DNA of 64,000 nucleotides from Psilocybe cubensis. Lineage: Eukaryota. A model generated the notes under the pieces. That model was not told the origin of the DNA. It made no database searches and worked only from the letters and a program-made list of their open reading frames with translations. Numbering within the stretch: position 1 is the first letter of the stretch; every line of letters starts with the position of its first letter. The translations under genes were made by a program, and so were the position numbers. Shown here one piece after another: positions 1 to 16,606 of the stretch. The stretch lies in NCBI GenBank assembly GCA_017499595.2, contig CM039001.1, forward strand, positions 1,488,001 to 1,552,000. The letters run 5' to 3'.

Positions 1-3000
1 GATGGGTTTCCATGATAATTTTGAATTTCTTCATTTATCTGCCCCAAACCAGTAACCAATGTGTTTACTGTCTGTAAAGCAACCTGGACCGAAACTGGAT
101 GGTTTAAAAGTATCAGATCGCTAGCAGGAGAAGAAGGGTATGAATATTTACCCCGAGCGGCTGCCTCTATGCTAGGCAGTTCATCGATGAAATTTATGAG
201 CGAGGGGTCTTTCCTCAGGAGAACTCGGGCAAGATAGTGTAAAAGAGTTGGGCAATCTGGCCCTCCCTTAGTTGTCCTAGTCTCAATGAGCTGCAAAACA
301 ATCAGGACACGGTCAAGAAAAAAATAAAATTTGTCCCGCTTGCTGACCTTCAATAAAGAATTGAGTTGGAAACCTTTCGCTCCTCCTCGGAATGTGGCCC
401 CGTTAAGTGTATTGCCCAGAAGAAGGACAATCTAAAAGCAATGATTGAGCAATGCACCTTTTAAATATCATTCGTGCATCCTACTCGAAGAATTTGCTTG
501 AATTTAACCGCAGAGCGCAACTCCAAAGATGCATTCCGAAGAACATTCAAATCCGGTCGGATTTCTTCTATGTCTAAGTCAAGGTTGCGTCGGTATTGCA
601 TGCAATTCAAACGTTCAGACAGTCGAGGAATTGTCATGATCTTTGCAGACTGTGTGAGACAAAAGGCAACAGCACAATGTTGTAAACAAACCTCATGAAA
701 ATATTGATCAGCTTTCGATAATTTGCTTATGTCGTCAAATGACCTAAGGCGTTCCATCTTGGACTGAGTTAGTAGACACCAGACAGGACGCAGATTATAT
801 ACATACCTCTTCTGCCGTAGGGAGTTGTTTACTCAGGGCTTTGAGGGCATCAAGAGAGAGCGCAGCGTCATCGATCTCAAGCAAGGATCTACGAATTTGT
901 GGACAATCGAGCTTGATTCTTGAAAGCATAATAGCTTTCATACAAAGTAATCAGCGAAAAAACTTGTATGTAGTTGAAAGTACATACAAACGTTGTTCGC
1001 GCGGGTAATATCCAAGACAGTCGCTACATTTTGCTTCTTGATGGCCTCTTTTTGTGGAGAATTGGTCGGATTAGCATCAAGGATAAATGTTGACTCCAGG
1101 TCTGATAGATCTACTTGAATATCAGCCGGCAGATCATTCCATACCGAAGGTGCAGCGCTAGAAATCGTAGATTTGTTCCAAAAGAATGATCTCATCTTTT
1201 TAACTGGGCGGGTGATCGCCTTCTGCGGTCCCAACTTAAATGCAGATGGCGGTGGAGGAGGAGGCGGCACAGGAGAAAGTAATGGTGACATTGGTGACTG
1301 AACTCTTGCAGATTGTGTTGATATTGGTGGCGGCGGCGGCGGCGGAGGAGGAGGAGGAGGAGGAGGAGGAGAAGGAGAAGGAGAAGCATCGGCACAAGGA
1401 TTTTCAACACGACTTTGGTTAGGCAAGCGCAGCGCAGGTGGAGGCGGTGGTGGCGGCGGGGGAGGCGGAGGAGGAATTTTGGAAGGAGATTCGGAAGAGT
1501 CGGAAAAGGTAGGACGGGCAATAAAAGACATTATTGTGGAGGATAGTGGTGGTGGTGGTGGTGGTGGTGGTGGTGGTGGTAGTGGCGGGGACGGCGTTGA
1601 CATCGAATGACTACTACTTAAGGTATGTATCTTGGGTTTACTTGGAGGTGGAGGAGGGGGAGATTTCGCCTTAAACTCTTGTTCAGTCTTAGGCTTAGCA
1701 GCTAGACGAAGCTGCAGCTCGTCGATTTGTTTTTTTAGACTTGCTATTTGATCGTCTTTTTCTGTAAGACGCTGTATAGTATGATTTGCCATCATTTGAG
1801 CATCGACGTCTGCTGACTTAACACCATCTCGAGCTTCCTCTCTCGATAAAAATCTCGTATAAACAGACTCCAAAGCGCGTTTCAGGTAGATGATTTCTTT
1901 GTCCTTGATAGATATCATATTTTCCAATTCGGTGATCTGAAAAAGCAGTTAAGAAGACACCGCAACGTGTTGGCACACTACAAACCTTGGTCTTATATTT
2001 CGTCATTTCCTCCATCCAAGTATTCCACTTTATTCTATCACGCTCTCTTTTTGCGCGTTCATCCTAAGATGAAATGTGAGACAGACGATGCGTAGAGGCA
2101 GAGTAAACGCACTGATTCCCTTGACTCCCCACGATTCTGAGTTTTGAATTGATCCAGCTCGGTTTGAAGGTGAAGTACTTGTTTTTCTTTCTGAACCAGA
2201 CGTTGTACAAGTCCATGAAAATTTTGCTTGAAGAATAAAGTGAACAAGAATGTATTTAAGATTTGCCGGAAATTTCATACCTCAGGACCGGTTTTCTTCG
2301 TGTTGTCGGGATTGAACGTTTGTATACCAGTTGGGAGATATTTGAGCGCATTTGTTTCTGCAATTTGTTGATTCAATTCTTTACGAAGTTCTGCCCGCTA
2401 CTCATCGAACAAAAGATAGAGTGGATAAACAAGGTTTCTCGTCAATAGATTGGGTCAAAATATTTACCTCATCGCTTAGTTCATCGACCTTGATGCGAAG
2501 GGATTCAACTTCCTGTTCGATGAAATCTCTGGATACGCTTTCATCAAGTGACTTTACTTCGACTTCTTGTCCAGTGATATGCTGGACTGATATTGAGAAG
2601 CGCTTTAGAAACACTTTCCAGTTTGCATCACTGAAAAAGTGAGCATCATTACGTAAAAAGCGTAAAGCAAAAAGATTCCTACAGCGTATCAAGCATCGCC
2701 GCCTGTTCGACAAAGCGGTCGAGAACAGTCATAAGATCCGCTTTGAGCTGGCTAGAAATGCAATAGATATAAGCAGATCAGAATAAAGAAGAATAAAAAA
2801 AGTTTTACAATTCGATATCTCTCTGCAAAAGTCGAGAGTAATGTTTCAGGATATCTAGCATTACAGGGTAAAGCTCGCCATGTTGCTTGACTAATTGGAC
2901 CAAATCCTGCAGAACAACATCGGAGTCGGAAAGTGTTCGTTCATGACCCCAGCTTTGCTGACTCAATGAGCTTTGCTTTCGTTCTCGCATATCTTCTTCA

Positions 3001-5611
3001 TCCTCATACTTCTCCTCAGTGTACATATTCAATTGCGTTATCAAGGAATCCGGAGGTTTGATGTATCGCAGAGCCTACATCATAAATAATGCGCATTGTA
3101 TATCCAAGTATGAGCGAGTATAAACGTACCACAATGAGTTCGTTCAAGCCTCTCCGACTAAATTCCTCTCGGAGAACCATACGATCTTCAAGTTCTTCGG
3201 GACAGTTGGTCAGGGCATTGATAAGCGCCATGGTCGCAATTCGTGCCTCCCATATCCCTTCTTCTTCATTGCCAAATCCAAATCCATCATCGCTCTCGCC
3301 GTCAATATCGACTTGAGGTAATCGAAGTGTGGACAACAATGTTTCAAAGCGAAAATCTTCGTCGAATGCAATACGGAAATCTGACATAGCAGCCAAGACA
3401 GCTTTATGGCCATCATCTATAGCCAGCATGCTGATGGCGGCGAGGAGCTCTGCGGCCAGCGTATGAGCCTTCAAAGACGACGTATGCAAAGCATAAGATA
3501 TGTGTGTGATAACATTTGGAGAAACTAGCAATTGATTGAACCCAGGCTAGCAAGACCCCTAAGAGTTAGCATAAGTTAAAAGAAGTGAGAAGGTATAAAC
3601 TGACTTCTGTATTGAGGAGCACTCGTAGACACTTTAGGACTTCCAGAAGAACGGTGATTTCAAGTTCACTGAGAACTCGTCTTTTACCACCTTTGCTGAC
3701 CAAACTCGCCAACAGAGATCCCAGAGCAATTAACCCTTTCTCACTAACTACGAAATCTTGAATGAATGCCACTTTTGCAGTGGATAGATGAACCCGAAGC
3801 GTAATTAGATGCTTGACTAGCTTCATATCAGGTGCCTTTCCAATGCGAAGACCATCAATATACCACTTCGCCGATTTTGCGACCTCCTTACTGCCATATT
3901 TATCGACCGTCGTCAGTGATTTATCGCCGCCAGAGGATGTCCACCAATTAGCCCATAAGCTTCCTGTATTTTGCGATTGAAGAGGTGGAATATCTCCTGC
4001 GGCTTTTGCAATTTGGTCTGCAGAAGTTGGCTTGTTGTTGTTATACTCGCTGTTCAAGCTGTTTGAATCAGTAGATAAACCAGGCGACGAAACAGTGCTT
4101 CCGGAGCCCCATCCCATGATAGAAAATCTGCGAATTAGCCCTGCATCCCCTGTCAGCTGCGGGATAAGCTTGGGAAGTAGGGCTTGTGCATTTGAAGGGC
4201 CAAACGAGGCCGCATGCACTGGGTGAGTGCCATTCGCGTTGACTTGCTGATGGGTAGCCTTAAATTGTTTATTTTGACGAAGAAGATATTTCTTGCGGTC
4301 CGAAGGTAGTACACGCATACGTGCCCTTCCCTCGTCTTTCAAGCCAAGGTCGTTCTACAGAGAAATTGAGAAAGCATTCTCAGCCTTGAAAGATTTTGCT
4401 TACCAGCATCTCTTCAAATTCTTTCTCGAACGTTTCCTCGTCACCATCGTCGCTTGATTCTGAAATATTGTCGTCCACTGTAGTTGAGCTCTTGTCTAAA
4501 AGTCTTGGCTCACTGACACTTTTTCTATTCTCCGGAGAAAAGACGACACTATTCCGTTTAGGAGATGACGGTGGTGATCCCAACCACCCTTCAAAAAGGT
4601 TGGACAATCGACTTTGAGTGACAATACCACGTTGCTCAACGGTACTCGCGGATTTGGGACGTTCTTGTACCTTCTGCTGGCCGATTTTTGCCGTCCCTTC
4701 TTCTTCTTCATCATCCGACTCCTGCAGGGCGGCAAGGCGGTTTATTGTCGAATCAGACGGAGCCACAGCTGGAGAGGCGAAACGGGACTTGGATCGGCGA
4801 TACCACTCATCTGGAACACAAAATCTGAATCGGCGACTGGCTTTCGATTTGAAAGGATTTGCACTGTAAGGGAAGTTTACAATATCAAAAAGAATAGTCG
4901 CTTCAGGAAGTTTTGATGCTCCTAGAGATGAATCTTAGCAGGTGATCAACAGGTAAGTAGAGGTTCAACACACTTTCCGCGGAATCGGTATACCATACTT
5001 CTTCTATTACATACTCCAGATTTCCAGCTCCTGGTATAGGAAGTGATTTCGCTAATCCAAGTTCTTCCATGATCGTAGTAATTGCGACTGCAACTGTGGT
5101 TGAACGTGATATATATAGTTTGTACTCGAACCCATCGTGAATTTCAGGAACCCTTGTAAAAGAGAAATTCAAAGAAAGGTGTGGATGGAGAGAGACAAGC
5201 CGAAATGCAGGGGTATGCATATGTCCAGTCAAGGGAAATGAAGAAAAATGACGCCGAGCTGATTCTGGGGTTCGGTTATGGTTGTCAAGTATAGGTGCAA
5301 TCAACGTATTTGCTTCAATTGTACCTGATTAATAAAACATAAACCTCTATTAGACAGCGCATCTAAGCAATAAACAAACCGTCTCCCAGAGCATTAAGTT
5401 CTTCCTCTTCCCAGACTCTGCCATTCTGTTCCGATCTTATCATTTGGAGGGCCCATTTTTCGTCTTCCAAATGGCCCAGGATTTCTTCTTTCAAGCCGTC
5501 TATCTGAAGTAGAACATCAATGACCTCTTGAGCATAGCTTCCTTCAGGGACCTCAGCAAAGTGGAGGGTGCCAGTGGGAAGGACTGTGGGGACAATCACA
5601 GTATCAGGCAT
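1..5611 (-). CDS. Diaphanous-related formin (GBD-FH3-FH1-FH2), multi-exon; 3' end lies beyond the left edge of the window
   Basis: ATG at 5611 (MPDTVIVP...). GBD-like 'FEEMLNDLGLK..MRVLPSDRKKYLL', FH3 'ATMALINALTNCPEELEDRMVLREEFSRRGL', poly-Pro FH1 at ~1250-1660, FH2 start 'KKMRSFFWNK' and 'VLLLGNTLNGATFRGGAKGFQL'. Confidence 0.93.
1253..1660. repeat. GGN trinucleotide repeat tracts (GGC/GGA/GGT) encoding the formin FH1 poly-proline runs
   Basis: (GGC)n(GGA)n at ~1328-1370 and a pure (GGT)n run at ~1548-1580. These read as poly-Pro on the minus strand. Confidence 0.9.
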
Positions 5612-5670
5612 TCCGGCTCGAGCTGGCTGATACAGAACATAGACAGGTACAAGAAAGTGGCAAGGTAGCG

Positions 5671-5713
5671 ACGCGAGTAGACGCGTCCGGTGGATCACTG
5701 TTCACAGACGCGT
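5671..5713. promoter_or_regulatory. Cluster of MCB-like ACGCG(T) elements upstream of the formin gene
   Basis: ACGCGA at 5671, ACGCGT at 5681 and ACGCGT at 5708, 60-100 bp upstream of the ATG. Confidence 0.4.
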
Positions 5714-6134
5714 TACTGATGAATGTGTGATTAAATCGACGGTGAAGACTGACAATAGAGTGACTAAAGTATTTCCCTGTGATGAAATAGTGCAGTAACG
5801 TCGGGGTATCAGTGACAGGCTAGGTGTGTGAATATGAATAAATATCAAGATATCGTTTCAGAAGATGCAGATTCAAGTATGTGTATCCCTCTTGTTGTTC
5901 GTTCGGTACTGGTACATGCAAAGGGGGTGTACAGAGGCACGTGGTGCTGGACGCGAGCTGTCTCGATTTGCTCATACTTACTTCCATTTTTATACTTCGG
6001 TATAGGTTTGATGTGAAAAATGTGATAGGATTTTGCAAATTTTGTAACTCATACTTTACATTATGTACAGATGGTGGGTATAAAACAGACTAATGAAAAA
6101 CATGAAATCATTGGTATAAGAAAAAAAAATTCAA

Positions 6135-9394
<3,260 letters not shown>

Positions 9395-9592
9395 GGCTAT
9401 ATGGTCACTGACACGCTTGGACGATAAGGGTGCAATGAATGTGACGCGACGAAAAGAACTGGAAAATTGGATTCGCGCCTCTGTTTAGGGCCGGCACTTT
9501 CGTGTGCGTGACGCCATCTGGTCACTAAATTCCCTCGTTAATTACAGCTCGTCACTCATTTACACCTCACCTACCTATCTCCCTACTTCAAC

Positions 9593-10719
9593 ATGCGCGA
9601 CCTTGACCCTTTAGATCCAGATTATGTACAAGATGTTCTTTCTAAACCTCCTTTTGTGACCATTCCTGGTGTCATAAATGTCAGGGATCTCGGAAATTAT
9701 CCTTCAACTACAGAAAAGGGCCTCATTACAAGACCAGGATATCTCTTTCGCTCTGCAGAATTATCTGGCATCACAGAGGATGGTAAGTCTGATTATATGT
9801 ACTACAGGCCATGATCACTCTCTTATAGTCAAGTAGGCAAAGTCAAATTGAGGGAACTTGGTGTAACAAAGGCTTTCGATCTTCGCTCTGACACAGAAAT
9901 ACGGAAATACAATACGCCATTACCTCAAATCGATGGGGTAGAAGTTGTGCACACCCCAGTATTTCAAACAGCGGACTACAGCCCGGAGATGATGGCCAAG
10001 TAAGTACGTGATGGATGCTTTCCAGTATTCATTCCCGCCCGGCTAACCCATGTGATTGCCTTCATAGGAGATATCAACTATACGCAAGTGGAAAGACCGA
10101 GGTGTGTCGCCTCAAAACATTAACGTCCTGTCCAAGCTGATATATAGGTTTTTAGGCATTTTTGGAGCTATATTCCCAAATCCTTGATAATGGAGGACGT
10201 GCCTTCGGGGCTATTCTGCGACATGTGCGAGACAGACCAAACGAAGGTTGCGTGTTCCACTGCACTGCTGGCAAGGATAGAACTGGCATTATGGCCGCCA
10301 TTTTTCTCAAGGTATGTCGATACAGTCAAGTGTCATCTTATTAATTATTGATCGGCCTGGTAAAGCTGGCCGGCGTGGATAACGAATTGATCTCTCGCGA
10401 TTACGCCCTCACGCGAGTGGGTAGGGAACCTGCAAGAGAGATGATTATGGCTAGGCTCTCGAAAGAGCCTCTTTTTGCCTCAAATAATGAAGCTGCCCTA
10501 AACATGTTTACCTGCCGGTGAGATCCCACCATTTTTTACAATTTCACATGCAAGTAACACTTGTGTAACAGTCATGAAACGATGCAAGCATTTCTCCAAC
10601 ACTTCGACGAAAAATATGGCGGAGCTGTAACGTATCTGAAAGAGTATGTTGGCTTCTCAGACGAAGACATAGTAACGATTAGGAGGAACATTCTGACTCC
10701 CGGTCTACCACGACTATGA
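9593..10719 (+). CDS. Protein tyrosine/lipid phosphatase, MptpB/LipA-like (Y_phosphatase3 type)
   Basis: 'INVRDLGNY', 'LFRSAEL', 'FDLRS', P-loop 'FHCTAGKDRTG', 'ISRDYALT'. Multiple GT-AG introns; stop TGA at 10717-10719. Confidence 0.9.
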
Positions 10720-10869
10720 ACAGCTGGTTAACTTTCATACCTCATTTCATTGAAGCATGTATATTATCCCAATTATCCATATGCAAGGGTAAAGTATAGA
10801 TCAGAATCAGAGGATAGGTCCACAAATCCACAAAACATGAGTACATAAAAAAGACGTAAAATAGTGATG

Positions 10870-13800
10870 CTACTTGCGATTCAATTCTAGCGGAGGGCGT
10901 CGCTGTTTCTGGGCAAGGGTCAATGCCGCAGCAGGGTTCAAATTGGGCGACAAATTAGGTACGTTATTTGAACCCATCAGGCTCGTCAACCCACCCGCCC
11001 CCCGAGACTTGGGATTTAGGGGGGAAAGTGCACCTGCTCTTGATGGCGCGGGTGGCATCGGAATGATATTCGGCATTGATACATCTCCTGTAACCCTTCT
11101 GCGCATTGGTGGCCGTGCGCCAGGGGAAGCAACTTTGCCGACCTTGTCCGGTGTTTCGCCAATCCTGTCTTCTGGGAACCCTGTTATCGGTGAATTGTCG
11201 TTTCCTAGAGCCTGCCTTCGCGCCTTTTCATGTCTAGCTTGCACTGTGCGGAAATGGAGAAGAAGATCTTGCCACTTAATTTCGTCTCGTCCGAGCTTTG
11301 AACGACCAGAGACGGAACCAGCATTGCTGATGGTAATTTTAGCACACATACTTTGAATCTAGTAGGATGGTCACTAACGACTTGGGAGCAATTTGCAAAA
11401 ATCCTGCAGAGTTTACTGCGTTAAGTCGATTGCGTAGTGAAACGAAGGCTGAGCTTTGGGGCAATAACATGAGAATGCCATATAGACACTTGAAAAGGTG
11501 TGGGTATTTTTCTGGTTCCAGCAATTGTAAACGAATATCTGTGAATTTGTCAGCGACTATGAAAGAGGTTGTGTGCAACGCGTACATGTGAAGACAGGCG
11601 ACTCGATTAGTTGGACAAGCTTATCGATCTGAACAAGCATGGGGACTGTGATTTCAAGATCGGCGCTATTATAATCTTAGTCGATAACAATAAAAGCTGG
11701 TTGAAATAACGTACAAAATATACAAGAGATTTGAAGCATGTTCATAGGCTTGAGCTAAAAGACACAAAGAGAACACCGACACTGCGTTGTGGCACCATGA
11801 TCTGTAAAGTGTAGTGAATAGAGCTTGCCCGTCTTGCTATAAATGTCAAGAATATAAGGATTGTGGAGATTTTGAAGGCATAAACAACTTGCTCTTGTGT
11901 CAACACTTTTGAGTCGCTTTCTAAAATCTGCAAGTTCCGGTGATGTTATTAATATGATGTTTAACTTCTGCACGATGACGCTCGCAAATTCTAGATCCTG
12001 AAAAGATGATTAATCAATAAGAATTGAAAATGGATTAAGAAACTTGCATCTTCTTTCTCGATTATTTCAGCAAATGTGCGATATATCTTCTCCGTGTTAA
12101 GATTCAAACACAATTGACGAATAATAAGGCTTCCTCGGGTTTCCAGAAGGCTCCTATCAGTGCTGAAGAGTCCCAATAAATTCATCATGACTTTGAAGTA
12201 GCTCTCTTCTGAGCTCGATGAAATTTGAGCGAGCAATTGCAGGTCGTGCTTGATGACCTGTAAACACAATAGTTACAATTGGAATTTAGTTCTTCTTAGA
12301 ATCAATACAAACCTCTTCAGAGCTATCTGATAGTATCTTCAGCAACGCTGGAAATGTCCCGTCGTCCATGGCCAAATTCTAGTGGTACATTAAAATCCAT
12401 TGGGTGATGGGGACCAGTAACACAAACCTTTTTTGGAGTCTTCTGGTGCAGCATGATCATCCACTTCAGAGCCGCCACACGAGTCTCTTCAAATTCACTG
12501 AGGAACTGTACCGTGAGTTCATCGACAGTCTTCTGGTAGTCGAATGGATCGGCATCCTCTTGTACATGCACATTCACGGCATTACCGTTGACACCAGAGC
12601 TAGCAAAAGAAACTGGTGAATGTGGTCTACTACCAGCAGTCGGAAGGATTTCAGCAGGTTGGCCGGGCCGGGGTGTTAATGTAAGGTCGGCATTGCTGGG
12701 TCGTCCTCGTGTGGGAAGGTACGATGTATTAGAATCCAGAGTCAACTCGGGAGATGAAGTTTCTCTGGAATTCTGGGAACTTAATGTCGATTGCCGTGAA
12801 TTTGTAGGATTGTTTGTCGATGTTGATGCTATTGGTACAGGCTCTGGTGATCTGGGAGTTCTGGTTGGCAGATTCGATTTCTCTGTAACAGGTGGTTTAT
12901 GTGGCGGCGGATCTTGTGGCGATGGGAGCTTTTGAATAACGTTCTGGAGGAGTTTATTTGTGCGAATTGCAGCGGATTGAATCATAACAGCATGATGAGC
13001 AAGATTTGGGAGAATTGCAGTGAGCAACCGAGGTGTAAAAGGAATCATCACTTCGTGCGCAAAGGTAAGGAACTCTGCAAGCCATCTCAGAGCCGTAGAC
13101 TGTTGAATTTCGTCGTCTACAAACTACTTGTTAGTCCTGGTGCCAATCGTCCAGTTAGCTTGGCTTACGATCATTTTCCAATTGCTCAAGAAGAATTTCA
13201 ATGATAGCAGCATAGTCGACTCTGACTCCCTGACCAGGTATCCAGGCTAAAAGAAATCATTATCGCTATTCCGTTCGGTAAATGTAGTAAATCATCACCC
13301 ACCTCCAATATCCCGATCATCCTCATCCGAATAATAATCCTCCCCACCCCCAAGATGGTTATTAGCTGAACGGTGCTCGTCGTTTTCCAGCATATATAAT
13401 GCACGCTCAGCATTCTCGCGAGTAAGATCTGGTAGTTTCTCGCCGTCTACATCTGCTTTGCGTAAAGAATCGGTCGGAGCCTTCGACTTGGTCTGTTGAT
13501 TAAGTTGACGTGAGACAATGGTAACGTCGCGAAGTTCGCGTAGGAAATCGGCAAGCAAGTTCTCAGTAGCAACTCTGACATCCTCAGTCGGGTCTGACAG
13601 GTATTTCCTATTGAGACAATAAGTACATTCTCGCACAATGGGGACAGGATATAGCTTACAGTAATCCATCCAGAAATTCCGGAAGATATGTTATGAGTTC
13701 CAGTTCAGGAACTGAGTCCAGAACACTGATCCAGGAGACAAGGTAACTTCTAGTGAACGGACTGACGACGTAAATTCGTTCACGTAGAAGTGGAATGAAG

Positions 13801-14569
13801 TGGGCCAGAGAGAATGCTTTCTTGATCTTGACATCCCCGGGAGAGCTATCAGGTAAAGGGACTAAGACCCCCGGCAGCTCTTCGCGTTCATCGCGTACTT
13901 TCTCAGTTTCAGGGTAGAGAGGAATGTAAACAGAGGCGGACTCTGCCACGATATCCTTCAGGAGTCGATCCAATAGTTCAGCGCCATTCTTGACAGACAG
14001 TTCTGAGTCGGCTGCAAGCTTTACGATAGCGAGTAAGTGTGCAGTGATAACCCGTGTTCTTGCGACGCACCTTGCTCAATGCATCGAAGATAGCATTGAA
14101 GTATACAAGAACCTCTCCTTTTGAAACCTTGGCGATGTTATACAAACATTCCGCGGAAAAGTATCTGATTCTGTTCTCGGGATCGACAAAACAATCCAGT
14201 AATGGGCCAACAAACTTCTCCATGTACGGAGCAATGTCTACGCCCAGTGCAATTGCGGTTCCAGCGAGACCGATCAGACCTCCGTTCCTAATGTGCAAAG
14301 GATTCGAGGCATTGTTGAACATCTCGACCAGCTGGTCGATAATTTGACTGATACGTTTCTGCTCCCCTTGCTGTGCACATTCTCGGATTTGCCTATGGGA
14401 TGTGATTTAGTACGGACTGCAGGAAGATAGAGACATTACGTGCCGCTCAAGCTCGAGTGCTGCTGCTTTCCGCTTCTCGTAGATCTTGTCTATGAGCTGC
14501 CTCGCTATGGCGGTGTCTAGTGAAAACGTGAGCCTTTTCTCGGTTCAACAGACTACTGTGCATACCCAT
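10870..14569 (-). CDS. VAC14: VAC14 scaffold of the Fab1/Fig4 PI(3,5)P2 complex
   Basis: '[15 protein letters not shown]', 'RNGGLIGLA', 'YLPEFLDGL', '[14 protein letters not shown]', '[24 protein letters not shown]'. Confidence 0.96.
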
Positions 14570-14743
14570 TACTGACGCGTCGAGAGAGTCAAGATGGATG
14601 TAGCATGGGCAATGGCTGTTGGAGCATCATGCTTCCGTGCCCGAATTTGGCTCTAACGCGACATGCCTACGAGGTGGCTGTGCTCATTGAACGTCCTTTC
14701 GGACCTTTCCCAACCTGAGTCTACCAGCTTATCGCCAACCAAC

Positions 14744-16606
14744 ATGGTCCTACCTACGGGACTCCTCCTAGTCGCTCCTTTCTCCCCGTATCTGTTCAAC
14801 GGAAACCCATGTGTCTCTGATAACTTTTATGGAAATTACCGAGATGGTGAGGTCTTGTACAGCGTTATAGCCTTGTCTGCCTCGACCAGTTCAAGCTGCC
14901 TCGCGGACTATCGGTGGGCGTCACATATGACCTCTGCATTCTACAACGAGCGTCCAGAACCAGGAAACCAACTTGTTTGGCTAGAGAAAAATGCCATAGA
15001 CGACAAGCTTCAGGTCAACGCAGCACACGACAGTGCCATTCTGGAAAACTTGTTGCTTTCTTTGGAAGCACCCCACACACATGAACATCAACAGCACCTT
15101 TCGCCCATAGACCACAGACGCCCACCATTCAAACTTCATTTCCGCACAACTCGAGCAGCTCTCGTCTCACTGGACGCAGAGAGAGCGAAATCTATCGATA
15201 CTATGTTGCCTATCTACTGGAAGTCGACCCTACTTCCCACAGCCCCTGTGGACTATGTGCCCGTCCCTCGCGCCGCAGTCGAACCGGTGAAACAACTACT
15301 GGCAAACTTGAAATTTGACCCACTTGTTGCATCTGTTGTGAACAATATCTCTATTTCGCAAATCAAGAATGATATTCGTTTCTTGACCGGTGAAGATGAG
15401 AAGTCCGGCATCGTTTCTCGACACTCCTTTTCAGAGGGCGCGCTGACAGCGGCACACTGGTTGAAAGATCGCGTCGCGGAAACTGGCGCGAGCTGCAAAC
15501 TCGTTCCATTTCTGTCTGGATTTGCGCCCAACGTTATTTGGTGAGTGTTCATCAAACTTAAGCAGCTACTAAGATAACCTGTAAACGTCAAGCCGATATA
15601 CTGCCATCAAAGACACTAACGCTACTGTTCTTATAAGCGGACATTACGATAGCCGGGGGTCGTTTGGAAGCGTTCGTGCGCCTGGGGGTGACGATGATGG
15701 ATCCGGTACCACTGGAGTCCTGTCTATTGCCAGGACGATCAAGCGTAAAGGTGTCAAATTCCATAGTAATGTGGAACTCGCGTTCTTTGCAGGAGAAGAA
15801 CAAGGCTTGCTTGGATCGCGAGCATATGCCCGTAAGTACTAAAGATAGACATAATTTGTGAACTCTGTCAATTGAGTGCCCCAATCGCAGGTGAATTGCG
15901 GGCTGCTGGAACAAATTTAACATTGATGGTTCAAGCCGACATGACTGCATATAGAGCACCTGGCGAACCTCTCCAGCTTGGTCTTCCAGATCTGTCAGTC
16001 GCTGACCTTCAACTTAATCCTATCACACGCTGACCTCAATATTTTTACAGTATCGGGACCCCCGAAGTTACACAACTAGTTGCTAATATATCAGCCATTT
16101 ACAGTCCCGAGCTTCAAGTCGGATTTACTCCCGTATGTTACAACCTCGGCTTATCGGACATACTGATTAATTCCGTTCATAAGGCCTGCTGCAGTGACCA
16201 TCAGGTTAGTCTTTAACAACGTCGTTAAATATCTGCGTAACATGAACAACCATGTTTCCAGTCATTCCACGAGCAGGGCTTCCCTGCAACCCAAGTTTTC
16301 GAACGTGCTGGTCCAAGTAAGTCGCTGGGTATGTCTTATCAGGTTATATCAAGTTCATGTGTTCCTTTCAGTCGCGGATCCTATGTATCATAATAGTGGT
16401 AAGCTATTGGTATCTTTCATTATGAATTAAAAACGTCTTAGCCATCATTTAGGCGACTTGAGCAATAGAGAAGGCTATGACTTTGAGCAATTATACGCAA
16501 TTGCTAAAGTTCAGGTCTGTGTTTCTTGTTGAGATCCATATGCCTTGTGGCTTACATCTACATGCAGTTCGCTACAATTCTTCATACTGCTGGATTTGAA
16601 TTGTAG
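14744..16606 (+). CDS. Peptidase M28 (zinc aminopeptidase) with N-terminal extension
   Basis: Zn-ligand motifs after splicing: 'GHYDSRG', 'PGGDDDGSG', 'FAGEEQGLLGS', 'QADMTAY', 'CSDHQSF', 'DPMYH'. Stop TAG at 16604-16606. Confidence 0.9.

Noticed and set aside
10874..12935. Long antisense or alternative-frame ORFs in the ORF track (e.g. 10874-11356, 12588-12935; also 58084-58551, 60697-61227)
   Set aside because: They are shadows of real coding exons in GC-rich, low-complexity regions and carry no independent motifs.
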